Assembly (NCBI RefSeq): GCF_963921235.1
Contig: NC_086097.1
Location: forward strand, 29,328,001-29,392,000
DNA: 64,000 bases
Source of the DNA: Mobula hypostoma
Taxonomy: Eukaryota
Direction of reading: 5' to 3'
Both the position numbers and the translations under genes were made by a program. Below the pieces are notes generated by a model that did no database searches, was not told the origin of the DNA, and saw only the letters and a list, made by a program, of their open reading frames with translations. Positions 13,341-28,254 of this stretch are shown piece after piece. Position 1 is the first letter of the stretch. Each line of letters opens with the position of its first letter.

Positions 13341-13981
13341 CAGTACGTGAGCCAGTTTGACCTGCAGGGCTCTTCCTAAAATTGATGTACTGCAATTACA
13401 GTAAGAACACTAAGAATGGCTTGAGTTATCTGAGAAGCACAAGGAAAATTAGAGATTTATAAAAAGATTAACTATGCAAAATCTGCACTCTTTTTTAAAA
13501 ACTGGAGCAGAAGTAACAGATATCCTAAATGAATATTACATAAGTGTTTGATAGGATAAAATAAAGACATTTCCATGCAAAAGGAAAGACCAGTGAAAGA
13601 GTGAACAGAAGAGCTTCACCAATAAATCCAACAGCTTTAGAGGAAATTTCAGTACTGCCACATTCTTTCTCAAGAAACATTAAGGCAAATTACTTGGGGC
13701 ATTTAATAGAAAGCTAGGTAAGTCCACATGGAAGAAAGTACTAGGATATGATGATTAGATTAGGTGGTATGTATGAAGAATAAATATTGACATAGGACTT
13801 TGGCATTAAATAGTGTATCTGTCTTGTGCTGTAAAGTTCTGTGAAGCAACGTGCTGGCAAAAATGCAAAGGGCTGATACATAAACTCGCTTTAGCATTCC
13901 TGAGTACAGAAGCTCAATTCATACATTATTTTGATGCGAGGAAACCTCCACACTTTAAAATAATGACCAACCAGACCATAC

Positions 13982-13987
13982 TTTATT
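13982..13987 (-). terminator. Candidate polyadenylation signal AATAAA of DICER1
   Basis: Plus-strand tttatt. GU-rich sequence follows on the minus strand (gtatggtctggttggtc...gtgtgg) and repeats resume further downstream. Confidence 0.6.
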
Positions 13988-14065
13988 GTTGATACTTAGC
14001 TACAATTACAAAAAGAAACCATTAAAAAGTAAATCGTGATCCATAAGGTGCAGAATGCAAATCTC

Positions 14066-16021
14066 TGCAGCAAGTTTACAGTATGAATGAGATAGATTCT
14101 ATGTCCCTTGCAGACTGCTGCAGTATGTGATGTTGCAGTTCATTTAGTTCCAAAACATTTTGTACTCATTCCCATTCTGCTGCAGGTGCTTTAAAAATCA
14201 CACTATTTACAATACAGCAAACGCCCGCAATATTCAAACGCCTCGCAAACACGCACTTTTTCTTTTCTTAAATGTCACAGTTATCATTCTGGTACAAAAT
14301 ATCAACAAAACAATAGATTTCTGCCACCGCTGCTGCTGACCCGCTGTTGCAATGAGGTTAGAGTGCATTAAAGTCATGTGTTGTACAGTGAATGAGGGAC
14401 CGCAGGCACACAATAGATAGCAAGTTCATCACCTTTCACAAATAAAACCTTAGCAGTTATTACAGCAGCAAGGCCCAGACCTAAAATAAAACAAATCTTT
14501 TCTCATTAAGCATATTAGCATATACATTTCTCGTTTGAAATGAGGTAAAGCATGGTGCCAAGTGCAATGCTTAAATCGTGCTACATCTATATAACAGCAA
14601 AAGGGGGGTGGGGGGGAAACAGAACTGTGTTTTGTGTCTTGACAAAGACAAAAAAATAAAATGCAGCATCGATTAGGACTTTAAATGAGGAAGGTTGTTA
14701 CAGTGGAAAAATATGATTTTATAAGTGACTGTAAATGATAGAAGCAGCCCACGCTTCTTTTAATTCTTAAAAAGTGTGATGCGCTGTTAATACTGAAAAT
14801 AATTCCAAATTGGTGACATTGTGTTTGGTGTCATATTCTTTGTGACATTTCTAGCTAAATAAAATCTCTTTGAAAGTACAATATATGGAAATGAGTGTTT
14901 GCCCAAGTCTATGCCCATATGTTGGGGAACAAATCTGTTTTCTGGATCATGCAGATTAAAAGGAGTCTGCACTAATCAATTATGTACATGTGACAGCAGT
15001 TTTAAAAACAATTACTCATTTGTCAGCTTATACATTAATAAAAAGGTAGCCACATTTCTTTACTAATTAACAGATTTAAAAGGCTTTACTTTTCCAAGTG
15101 AAAAGAAAGTGATGTGAAAATGGAACATCTTAACACGTATCAAATTCATGTCTCCGTTTCATGTCAACAATAAAAGCTAAAGGCTAGCTTTCAAAATCTG
15201 AAACGGATCATTGTAGGAGAAGTGGGTAACATTGAGAGGATTTACCTGGAGAGCAAGCATTGAGACAAAGTTTCCAAATGTATTTTTAAAAACAAAAAGT
15301 AAATTAAAGAGGTATTATAGTTACAGTGCAAAAACAATTATTTAAAAATTTCAAGCATAATATAAAAACATAGCACCAAAAATAACGAGAAATCAAAAAC
15401 GCATGCAAATGAGAACTGAGGTATTCAAAGGGAAGAACGCCTAATTGGTTTCTACTGAAAACATAACCACTACCTTGAGCTGAGCTAAGTAGGATGCATC
15501 CTCTCTTTAAAAGCTTGTACGCTGAAGACTGATTAAATGTAATCATATCTTATCACAGGATTTTCTGTTCCTTGCCTGTGCCATGTACATTTTAACTTTT
15601 ATAAACTAAATGATGCAGCATGAATGTGGTTTCTTCACAAATACACAGCTTTGGTGTAAAATTCAACTGTTATGGTGCTATGGAAAAACACCGAGGATAG
15701 TCATGTGCGTGAATGTACATGTGCTGATTCGCGCGAGTGCTTGTTCTCTGTCCATGCATATGCAGGCGCCTGTGTGCATGTGTGCCTCAGTACGTGTATG
15801 TGTGTATGTGTATGCACATATATACATGTAATTTGCTGCATGCACTTATGTCTATGTATGTGTGTACGTATGTGCATTTTACCCCACCCCACTTATAAAT
15901 GGAAAGGTGCTCATTAATAAAATAAACTTTCCAATTTTCTTTTAGAAAAATCTGCAGCATATTTTATGAATGATATGTCTAAAATCACTGTCATTAGAGC
16001 AACAGTTTCAGTGCTGCAGCA
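14066..16021 (-). promoter_or_regulatory. Cluster of miR-103/107 sites in DICER1 3' UTR
   Basis: Plus TGCAGCAT (mRNA ATGCTGCA, 8mer) at 14662, 15614 and 15953. TGCAGCA (7mer-A1) at 14066 and 16015. Confidence 0.7.
15700..15880. repeat. Degenerate (TG/TATG)n simple repeat within the 3' UTR
   Basis: gtgtgcatgtgtg...tgtgtatgtgtatgcacatatatacatg. Confidence 0.8.
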
Positions 16022-17014
16022 CCAATTTACTGTCCTTTACATTTGGAAGCACCGCACTCACACCGTCAGCACAATGCACTTTCCCTAGAGACCAAATAGT
16101 GTAAATTTAGCTACTTGCATGAAGAAGAAAATTGTCAACACCTTAAATCTAAGTATCTGAAGCCATCTTATCTGTATTAAAATATATATGCAGCTACCTC
16201 TAGCTCTGCAGTAAGTTACACAACCACAACTCCAATGGAGGTCAGTCAAGGGCTGTAGTTCAGTATCATATAGTGTGTATTAAATGGGAATGTAAAACCA
16301 GCCATAGAAATGTATCAAAAGGTTCAAGAAAACAAAACAAGTGGGGGTTATTTTCAATTAAGGCAAAACCCTTTTGATTAAATGCAAGAGACTCATTGTG
16401 TGGCATTAAGTTGAACAAATGCTACTGTAAATGCCAGTCGCTTTAAGTGGAACCTGTTCCTATTTAAATTAAGTGCAAAACAAGGATAGGGCATGCCACC
16501 TCAAAATGTGAACAGATGACAAGGAAACAGGACAATACTGGCACGCTAGCTCTCTCTTACCAGCTCACACGACAGTTTTACACACCGTGGTTGGACTGGC
16601 ACTAGTGCACAGGTCAAGAATTTCAAGATTACTAAAAATGTGCAATCTAATAACTAATCACTTTCCAGCATAAGCTTCCTGGCTCACTAAACACCAAGCA
16701 AAAGCTATTAAAAAAAATCAGTAAACAGCATAGGGAAACCTGACAACTGTTAAAATGCTTGCAAAATGAATATAAAGCACTCTTGTGATTAATCTAGCAA
16801 AAAGGGAAGGAGGAGGGGGAAGGATTGTGTTCGCGCAAGAGCTTACTATATTCTACAATTATTCTTAAATTAACTACTGTACTACAAACACTTTACACCT
16901 TCATAAAATAACTGGCTCACTCTTGACAACCCAGTCTCGTTTTTTGAGATCCCCAGGTGAGCTTATGAAAAGGTGCGGGCTGGGCTGGGGTTCGGGAGTA
17001 CAGAGGACAAATCC

Positions 17015-17221
<207 letters not shown>

Positions 17222-19808
17222 TTAATGAGACATTTCAGTTAAACAAGGGAAAAAAAATCAACAGCTTACTTTGGTACAGAATGCACATAAAACAGGAGGA
17301 TTATACTCAAGTCTGTGCTGCTGTTCAGTTATTTCTTGGCTTTAAATATTTGATTGCATATGGATGCCTATTCATCATGTAACTCAAATGACCAACCATA
17401 CCACAATTTATTGTTGCTTTCCAAAATTCTGTGTTAATTTGCTTAATTAGGTTAAGTTTCCCAGTTACTGTGACGGGTATTACTGGATTGACCACTCTAG
17501 CCTCTGGACACTAGTCCAGTAACTTCATTGTTAAATTGCCATAAGTGAACAGTATACAGGGACGGTAGGAAACCACTTAGTCCCTCAATAAAAATATGGC
17601 TGAAACTCAAACTCTATATAGCAGCCTTTCCCATATTGACTGATTAACAAAAGAAAATCCATCTCAGATTTAAAACTAAGTATTGAACTTACAACAATTT
17701 GTTTACTTATATTTTTATTCTTCCTCAGCATGGAAAAGTTTTCTAACTTCATTCTTGAAAGGTCCAGCACTCTTTTTACAACTATGCCCCTACTGCAAGG
17801 CTCTGCAATTATAATATATTTCTTTCCATTTACCCTATGGTTCCCTTTAATATCCTGAAAATAAAAACTGGATCAAATAACCATCAACTAAAAATTCTCC
17901 AGGCAATAAAATCCTAGTTTGTATAATCTCTTTATATATAATGGACAGTTTTAATACCCCTACTTCCTAAAGATGGTAAAATACAGCTAATCATCTTTCT
18001 AATCCATTTCATTATGTCATATAAACCAAAGTATTCACAAACAGCAGAGCAAGTGCTTTAAACAAGACTTGAAAGTATTGTGGTTGGCTTATGATCAAAC
18101 AGATTATATACTAAATGACAGAACAGATATCTAACCTGCCATTTAGGTCTCGGCTAATGTGAGTTTAAGTGAACTCTACCTGTAGATACGTTGCCTTCAT
18201 TATAAACAAGAGTTTTTATATGCGCGCGCAGCAAAATCATCACAAAGTCATACACAATAACGTGGTTACTATTTTAGAGGCATCGTCTAAAGGTCAGCAC
18301 AGCATCGTGGTCAAAGGGCCTGTACTGTGCTGTTGTCTTCTATTTAGTGATTTCTGCACAGAACGTGCTTGGAGTTACTGTACATATTATCCTTAGAATG
18401 TTGATGTGGATAAGCTGTGAAACTCCAGCTTCTGATTCTAGAGGCCATTGTGCTGTATAGTTGGGGAAACTTCAATGTCGGAAAACTGAAATAAAAGCTA
18501 AATTTCAGAGCAGGACTAAGGACATCTCAGAAGACTTGAATGCAGTTGAATTGCCCCCTTAATCTGTATTTTAAATATTCAATGCCTAGTTGTGTTTTTC
18601 AAGAAATTCTAACCCTTAGCACTTTATTTTTGTTTTATGAAAGATGTTATTCAATTTGCACATTTAATCTGGATCACATCAGCCCTTTGGCATATGAAGT
18701 CTGTGCCATTATTTTTCTCCAAAGGCTCTCCAGTTTAATTCTACTGCTCATTTCATCCATCCTATTTTGTCTGAGTTTGACATAATGGATCATGTTTAAA
18801 TAAAAGTCTACAACAGAGAAGTCCACATTTTAAACAACATCTGTTCAAAAGAAATATTTTTTTGCTCCTCTGTTTCTTTCATTTTTAAAAATGTTCACTT
18901 CTTGCGTTCTTGTCAACAAGTAAAGAGCCCTGATTTATCTCAATCACATTGATGACTTAAATTTCTTTTTTAAAATGAAAAGTAGCTTTCAAAAACACCT
19001 CTTTTCTGGTCCTCAACCAAGCACTTTATCCATTGCTTATAATAATGTGAACAAGGCTGTACTAACCACAGGTTAAAGGGTCCTTTAATCCTCATTACCA
19101 GTTTATATTTTATTCATAGTGGCAATCCTGAAACACCTATCCTTACAGACATTCATATTTTTGCAAGTAACAAAATATACTATTATTATATTTTAAATGC
19201 GCTTGAATTCATTTTACCAATTTCCATTGTTCCTACTGTTTCTGTAAGTGAAAATACAATAATAAAAATTAAAGCATAAAACAACACAACTGGATATATC
19301 TCATATGGAGTGTAAGAGGTTGCAATCCCTGTTTGAGAATCTGAAGGAGCTACACCTCAAGTTCTGGCTTCACTTCAGCACCATGCTATGGTCACCAGTT
19401 GCGGAGAGGAGAGAAGAGGAGATGAGAGAGTTGCTCGAGGGAATCTCCTGTTAGGCTTACTCCTGGCCCTGGCCAAGATGGCCAATTATGGGTCCAGGCC
19501 AACTGCCTGCCCCTCTTCTAGGGTTATGTCTGTGCCTGAGTGTCTATGGGCACAATGGGGGAAGTTTCTAGAGCAGTGGGCCCCGCAGGGACTTGAATGT
19601 TTTATAGATAATAGCAATTGTATTTTAATTTGAAACTGTAAATAGTTTTGTGAACCTCTGATTATTGTATGTACTTCTGTGAATAAATATTTGTACATTT
19701 GTAAAAAAAAACCCTCTTTTATTTGCTTATATATTTGATACAAAGGTGTGGCTGTTTTCTGAACTGCTTTACTCTATTATTGGTGTGCAACATTTTGACA
19801 ATCCTTTA

Positions 19809-20139
<331 letters not shown>

Positions 20140-20394
20140 TCAAGAAAAAACACAGTTAAAGATTGCAGACAGACTCTTGGTTTAGTGTAGGGGATGAAGA
20201 ATAAGTGATTACTGAAGATTTTCTCCAATTGGCAAAATTTTGACCTGGAGGTTTACACACAAAACCTGTAACACTAGTAAAATAACTTAAAAATATTTTT
20301 AAAAATAAAATTATTTTCCAAGCAAACAGAGTCATTGCAGCCATTGGCGTGGTCTGCCAAACCGTTTAGATTCCCAAGAACCCAAGTCTTTTTT

Positions 20395-20450
20395 ACAAAG
20401 ACCCACTGTTTCAGCTGTTCTTCACAAAGACCCACTGTTTCAGCTGTTCT
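20395..20450. repeat. 29-bp tandem duplication
   Basis: acaaagacccactgtttcagctgttct occurs twice. Confidence 0.85.
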
Positions 20451-20914
20451 CATCCCAAAGAACCCTTATTACCACTCGATTCTGTCACCTACCCTGTGTT
20501 CAATTCTATGAAGCTTCTGATACTCTCTACCAATTCGACAGTTTCCTAATCCCAACTCATTCACCATTACCATCAATCTGTCTACGCCTGCATCCCACAT
20601 CAGGATAATACAAGGGCCCTTGACTTCATCCATCAACATAGAACATATCACCCTCCCCCCCCCCACCTTATTTGAGGGGCTAATTTAAAATTGTCAGTAC
20701 AAATGCAAACAAGTCAAGAGATGCTTTAGAGTCAATGATGCTTCAATTTTTTGTCACAAGGAATGTTTATGCAAAGAATAGGGACAAGCAGAGATTATTT
20801 TTGGACCACTCTGGTTAAAGTATCTTAAGTCTTTGATGGGCAGAATGGTTACACTAGGGAGTCAGCAGAGTCACTGAATCATGAATGGGATCCATAATAT
20901 GTAATTATCGACAT

Positions 20915-22879
20915 CAGGGTTTCTCAGCTGGGGTTCCATTAGAGGTTGCTAGGGGTTCCACAAGAGATAGTAATTAAAAAAAAAATGGCTTTTTGGAACA
21001 CACTTTCAGTGGTGGGCAGTGACTGAGCAGCTTCGCTAGCAATCTCGTTTGAAGTCTCTCAGCCCAGTATGGCAGTGTGCAGTAGGTCCGCATTTATCTC
21101 ACTCAGTCCACTCTCAGTCTTTGACGTGAAATAGGGGAGGCCGTCGACAATTGGTGAGCGCTGTATTGCACAGAGGGGAGGGTGGCAAGCTGATGGGGAG
21201 CAGGAGTGCATTTTCAAAGCATTACATGGACTTGCCCAACGCGGGCTGTGACATCAGCCTCTCCCTCCCCCAACTTCCCCCGATGCGTCGCCGACTGATT
21301 TATGGGAGCAAATAAACTACTAGTGTAGTAGAAAATCGGAGGGAATTTTTCATTCTAAAGATGGTCCAGTGTGGCGATTTTTTGAAGAGGAGGTGTGAGA
21401 AATATGGATTCTAGGCCACTGACTACAGACAATTCTGATAAGGTTGATGATAAAGAATTACAATCTGAGTCATTTCACTGCACTAGTGCAACAACGGACA
21501 CAAAAAAAAAGTCCATCTCTACATGAAAGTTACTTATCAATGGATTTTACATGGACTGGTGATCCAAGTTGTCCTATTCCATTGTGACTAGTCTGTGGCA
21601 AACAACATACAAAAGTAGCAATGGCTCCAGCAAAATTGAAAGAACACTTTACAAATCACAGCCATATGACACATAAAGCGCTAATTGTTTTAAACCGCTA
21701 TTGGAATCTCAAAACAAATAGATTAAAGCTTTTAAAAATAAAGTCACAGTCAGCAAAAAGAATCAGGAAACAAGTTATTTAGTAGCTTTAAGACCAGTTC
21801 ACTCCAGAATGTTTAAAAAAAAAATCTGTGTGAAAACCTGGACACAGAGCTCACCAATCTCCTGCTACAAACAGAAATCAGGTGGATTAGCAGAGGAAGA
21901 GATTTCAACAGTGTGTTTGACTGAAAGGTGAATTGCAGGAGTACTTTCAAGAAAATAGTAAGCCAGATTTTGCTAAGTACTTGGAAGATGAAGAATGGCT
22001 GCAGAAACTAGCCTACTTAACAGACTTTTTTTAAATCATATAAACCAGTTGAACAAGTCTCTGCAAGGCCCTGGAGAAAATGTTTTTACTTCCAGTGACA
22101 AGATTCTTAAATTTAAAAGGAAACTGAATCTCTGGAAAAACCATGCTGCAAAAGAAAATCTTGAAATGTTTCCATTGCTGCTTGGGCTTGAGAGTGAGGA
22201 AGGATAACAGAAAGTCAAGTCTTATTAAAAACCACCTAGAAGAACTGCAGAACAAAATTGAACACTATTTTTCTCCTCCCTCAACTGTATGACTGGGTGA
22301 GGGACCCCTTCTCTGAACCTTCTGCTCAGCCTGAGAACTTGTCTTTGAGAGAAGAGGAAGAACTTTGTGAGCTGCACTCTGATCATGAACTCAAGATGAG
22401 ATTTATTGGCCTGCCTCTAGACAAGTTCTGGATTTCTGTGAAAGAGTACCCTGCCATTCATAGGAAAGCAGTTTTCAACTTCTTACCTGTGTGAGCAAGC
22501 TGTTTCTTGTTTAACAAACATCAAGAGCAAGGATAGAAATAGTCTCATTTCAGTAGAAGGTGAAATCCATGCTTATCTCAAGTTTGACCCAGAATTGAGA
22601 AATTTATTATGTTTGCCTTATGAGATTTTAAAATTTAAGAAAGGAAAAGAGATTAATTTCAAGAAAGGCAAGCTAAGCTTAACTATTTTATTTTCCCGGG
22701 AAAGGCTGGCTAAACATTAATTTTCTACTCAAAAGAGCATTGACAATTATTTTTGGATTATTATATCAACAACTTACAGATCATGCTAATGTACTGTGAC
22801 CTCTAGATATAATAATTTTTATGCAGAGGTTTCCTGAGACCTGAAAATTACTCCAGGGTAAAATGGTTGAGAAAGGCTG
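20915..22879 (+). mobile_element. Internally deleted hAT-Charlie element (ZBED8/SCAND3-like transposase relic)
   Basis: TIRs CAGGGTTTCTCAGC / GGTTGAGAAAGGCTG with a degenerate TSD (atcgacat / atctacag). Relic peptides GFTWTGDPSCPIP, TEIRWISRG, LNKSLQGPGENVFTSSDKILKFKRKLNLWK. Confidence 0.85.
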
Positions 22880-23124
22880 ATCTACAGAGATGACTGTCTT
22901 ACTAAAGAGTAACCGACGATTTATAATAAATACTGAGGGTAGGATATTCCTAGGAAGTTCAGCAACTCTTCAGATGTTTGAAATGATCCTTATCCCTAAC
23001 CTTGGTCACCTTTTCCTCAGACTGTGGGAAAGTGCTAAGTCTCAATTCAGCAACATTTCATGATACCACATCTGTAACAATTGCAGTGAAAAGTTCTTGG
23101 TTCACTCTTGCAATAACTAAGGCA

Positions 23125-23810
23125 AAGTCCAAAGTAAATACATTATCAAAGTACATATACGTCACCATATTCAATCCCGAGATTCATTTTCTTGCAGGTA
23201 TACTCAGTAAATCCAACAACTATAAAAGAATCAATGAAAGATTGCACCCAACAGCATGGATAAACAACCAGTGTGCAAAACACAACAAACAGTACAAACA
23301 CAAAAGGGAATGAATAAATATATAAGCAATAACTATTGAGAACATGAGATGAAGATAAGTTGAAAGTGAGTCCATAGGTTGTGGGCAGTGATGGGGCAAG
23401 TGAAGTTGAATGAAGTTATCCCCACCGGTTCAAGAGCCTGATGGTTGAGGGGTAGTAACTATTCCTGAACCTGGTGGTGAGTCCTGTGGCTCCTGTACCT
23501 TCTTCCTGATGGCAGCAGTGAGAAGGGAGCATGACCTGGGTGGTGGGGGTCCCTGTTGATGGACGCTGCTTTCCTACGACAGTGTTCTGTGTAGATGTGC
23601 TTAATGGTGGGGAAGGCTTTACCTGTGATGGACTGGGCTGTAACCACTCCTTTTCGTAGGACTTTCCAATCAAGGGCATTGGTGTTTCCATACCAGGCCA
23701 TGATGCAACCAGTCAACATACTCTGCACCACACATCTATAGAAGTTTGTCAAAGTATTGGATGTTATGCCGAATCTTCACAAACTTCTAAGGAAGTAGAG
23801 GTACTGCTGT
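23125..23810 (-). mobile_element. Rex1-like LINE 3' end
   Basis: NFYRCVVQSMLTGCIMAWYG...[10 protein letters not shown] and the 3' tail (plus: aaagtaaatacattatcaaagtaca). Confidence 0.8.
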
Positions 23811-24847
23811 GAAGTTTGCAGAAGATTCAGCATGATATCTTAATACTTTGGCAAACTTCTAATAGAAGTTCAATTTCAACTTCAATGGTCTAATCTGCCT
23901 ACTTTCTTAACATTCTCCAGCTCTTCCAATATTGGACCTCTACACAAATTCAGCTTTGACCTTTTTCACATTATTGATTGTTCTTCATCCTCTATCAGGG
24001 GCATGCCTTCAAATGTCAATGCTCAATGCTATGGAATACCCTCCAAAAAGCTTCCTTACTTTATCGTTTACCACATTCACTGTCTTAATATCTGCTTATG
24101 CCCCAATACCAAATTCTGTTTCTTTGATACCAAGTGTTTCAGCCCAAATGTTCACAATGTCTATCACTTGCACAATACACTTCAACAGCTCATCAAGACT
24201 TCTTCAATACTACTACTACTATGTTGACTCAGACCTAGGGGGCCGGCATCGGGCACAATGACGAACTCTCCACTTCTCCCTCTCCCTCCTCAGTGTGTCT
24301 GAGGGCACACTGAAAGTCTCTAGATGGTTGTTATACACGAATGCTTCTTCAATAGTACCTTTTAAACATGTGCACAACCACTGAGGGACAGGGATGATAT
24401 TCCATGTGTCTAAGAATTATCGGCATGCTTCATAGAACATAATACAGTACAGGTCCTTCAGCCCATGATGTTGTGCTGACCCTTTAACCTACTTTAAACT
24501 CAATCTAACCCTCCTCTCACACATAGCCCTCGATTTTACTTTTTCTTCAAAGTTACACCTTGCCCTTGGAGATGTAGCAAGTTCCTTCACTGCCGCTTTA
24601 TCAGAGTACAGGAGTTTCCTGCTCATCGGCATTGTGGAGCATTTTCAACAGAGGTAGCTGTGCCTCAAAGTGTTGACTTCACTTCAACGAAAGTTAAAGG
24701 TGCTTAATAAATACTGATTTGTTAGGGATGCCCACATTCCATGAACTTCTTAAAGAAAAAGCCCCTTTGTCATGACTTGGTATGTTGTACCAAGAAGTGC
24801 TTTTTCAAATAATCCTTAAAATCCTTTTCTCCAAGAACCGTGGTTCA

Positions 24848-25153
<306 letters not shown>

Positions 25154-26618
25154 TTAAAAAGAAAGATTTAAAAATGCTTAAAATATTGAGTAAAAATAAT
25201 GAGTTAAAATAATTAATCTCACTGTATATATTGAAAAACATGCAGAATTGCCTTCCTGTATAAGGAATCATACTGCGGGAAACAGTGAAACCTGCTAATT
25301 TTCTGATTTATAAAATTTAAACTACTTAATCTCACATACATACATACATAGACACACACACAACACAAGCCCTTCCACTGGAAGCCTGTAACTAGTGCAT
25401 CGTAGGCATCAGTGCTGAGATCCTTCCTGTTACCTACATTACCTTGGATAGGAATATAGGAGGTAAGATTTAAAGCTTGCAGATAAAACAATAGTTAGCA
25501 GTGTTGTGGAATGTCACAGCCTACAGGATATTATCAATCTATTGGCAAGATGGCAGAGCAACAGCAGACTATTTAATTTTGATAAAGACCAGAAGACCAT
25601 AAGATATGGGAGCAGAAGTAGGCCATTTGGCCTATCGAGTCTGCTCCACCATTCAATCATGGGCTGATCCAATTCTCCAGTCATCCTCACTCCCGTCTTC
25701 TCCCCATACCCTTTGATACCCTGGCTAATCAAGAACCTATCTCTGCCTTAAAAGCACCCAATAACTTGGCCTCCACAGCTGCTCGTGGAAACGTGAGGTA
25801 ATAATGCTAGAACACAATAATGAATGGTTGGGCCCTAGGAGTTTTCTGGAACAGAAGGACTTCCATGCACAGGTCAGAGGATTTCTGAAAGTGGTATTGC
25901 AAGTAGATAGGCACGAGCAGCCACATACTGTATATAGTAGGTAAAGGGATTTAAAACCAGACAGAATAGGTTTAGAGTAAAGGACAAAAATTGGAGAGGA
26001 TATGAGGAAGAATACTTTCCATACAGAGGGTACCTGAATAGATAGTAAAAGCAAGCACATTTAAGCATCTAGATAAGTACCTGAATCACCAATTCTTAGA
26101 AGGCTACTTTCTGACTTTTGGATTTGTATAGATAGGTATGTGATGATTGGCATGGACATGGTGGGCCAAAGAGCCTATTTCTGTACTACACAACTCTATC
26201 ACAAGCCCTTAAAACAGTGATCAGTCAAAATAGGTTCCTGCTGCTAAAAAGCACACTTCAGAATCAGATTTATTATCACTGACATGTGACATGCAATTTG
26301 TTGTCACATTGCCTTAGCTCATAATGTAGGTCAAAGGCCAATTAACAACTAATTAATCTACCTTTCCCAATAGTTACAGGGGAGGTGAAAGAAGAAAGAT
26401 TTCTGTTACCAATAAACCAAATGCTTTCCAATCTTATTTGCTGCCCTTAGACATTTGCTTTGAGCCCAGGGCCAGTTTTAAATATATGCAGCTAACAAAG
26501 GGTTCTACCTCCCCATGCCATACTCACTGGTTCCTTCATAATTCTGCACACCTCTACCAAAACAAACCTACACAGTAATACTATACATTCATCAAAAATA
26601 ATTGGCTGAGCTTTTTAC

Positions 26619-27516
26619 CTGTGATTGTATTGTAGTGGTAGGAGGCATGAGTAAATGCCTGTAAAAGGTAGGCCTTGTTCTTGAATTTGTAGTTTATTTT
26701 ATTTTCAAAATTTTCATAACCCGATATTAGATGGCCCAGTGTTCTGTCAGCATCCGGGTGATCAAACATGCACCTCGGAGGAATCTGAAGGTGCCCATAT
26801 TCTAGACCTTTGCAGGGAGATTTCAAAGGAAGAATTTTGGATTCTCCTGCTTTATTGTTTGTATTAAAGGTGCCCTGCTCCTCAGGTGGCCATTTTCTCT
26901 CTTCATCCAGCTTTTCTTCTGCCGGCAGGACTTTCAAACCCAATGAGCAGAGAAAAAGCTGGGCAGCTCTTTCACCACAGCTGGTTAGGTAACAGCCCAA
27001 TAAAGCCTCCACGCAATCAGCAATGCTCTTGTCTGCAATGCATTGCTCTGTGTGCAAGTCGTAAGAGATGCTCTGCTTGCCTGTGTCAACGCCACCATTC
27101 TCTTCAGATGGGTTCCAGAAACCCACAACAAAATCATCCTCATCTGTGGCCTTACTGGGGTCCAAGTAGCACATGGCATCCCAAGAGCTGTAATCAAACT
27201 CGTCACCATCAGAGACGGAATGGCCATTTCCTGTTGCAGATTTTTTAGGAGGTTTCCATTCAAAAGTTGTATCATTGGGTGGGAAGTCAGGCAGAGAGAT
27301 CTTTTTCCCAAAGGCCCCAGACCCCATAAGCATATTGTCAATGAATTTTATATGCTCCTGATCATACTCTGAAAAGTCATCATCATATTCTGCCTCCTCC
27401 TTCTGGGCTGTCCACATCAGATCTTCACGGAAATCAGGGTCGTCATCATCCTCCTCCTCCTCATCGTCATCATCATCCCCATACGCATCACCGTTAGCCA
27501 TTTGTCCTGTTACTGT
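26619..27516 (-). CDS. DICER1: DICER1 exon (exon 23 equivalent): acidic insert, end of RNase IIIa, start of RNase IIIb
   Basis: Acceptor ttatttcAG|ACA GTA. Contains [40 protein letters not shown] and [17 protein letters not shown]. Donor G|GTAAAA. 898 nt. Confidence 0.97.
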
Positions 27517-27563
27517 CTGAAATAATAAATAACAGTTAGAAAGAGGTTTTATTCACATATACC

Positions 27564-28254
27564 TGTAGCCCCCCGGCCAACCTCAGGGTCGCTCGGCTCG
27601 CTGTCGTCTAGGGAAACAGCCCTTGGCCCCGCCAAACTGGGTAATTAGTTTGTGTGGATGCTGTGTGATGTACCCCCACCCCGCCCAAATAACAGACAAT
27701 ACACCAGATACGATTAAATGATTTACAGTTTATAGATATTACTGGAACTATATCATTAACAGAGAATAAAACATAAAAGGAAAATAAAAGGTGCCACACA
27801 TCAAAATTCAATCTCTTTGTGCAGAAACAGTTGGAGCTCAGGACCCTTCTTCTTCACCCTGCGACCCCTCGGACCACCTCGACCGGCTGCCTGGGACCAA
27901 CAACGGTGGTTGACCAGACGCTCCACACGAGTCCGTCTCCGTCCCCTTGCCGAACACCCTCCTTGGGGTCCGACCCCGTTAGCGGACATCACAGCACCTG
28001 GTCCATCCTCTGTCTCTCTCTCCTACCTTCTGCCTCCAAAACTCCGCGCATAGAAATCTTCCAAATACACCAAAATCATAACAACTATCCGAATTGGTTC
28101 GTAACATCTTATCAGCGCCTAACCCAAAACAAGCTGCTAGCGCAAAAACTTTCTCAGTGTTTAACATAACAAAGAAGCATTCCCAAGTATAACATAACAA
28201 AGAAGCCATTTTAATTAGCCTACGCAGTAACATAAGAGACGAAACCCCCTTACA
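27564..28254 (-). mobile_element. Solo LTR (Gypsy/ERV-type), 691 bp; orientation inferred
   Basis: TGTA...TACA termini with a 4-bp TSD TACC at 27560-27563 and 28255-28258. Rich in CpG relative to flanks. Minus-strand TATAAA at 27729-27734. Confidence 0.82.

Larger units (their letters stand above)
13960..17014 (-). other. DICER1: DICER1 3' UTR (~3 kb; distal end approximate)
   Basis: AT-rich stretch after the stop with no recognisable transposon, rich in miRNA seed matches, ending at a minus-strand AATAAA. Confidence 0.75.

Noticed and set aside
15610..15917. Cys/Val/His-rich ORFs
   Set aside because: They are translations of a TG/CA simple repeat in the 3' UTR.
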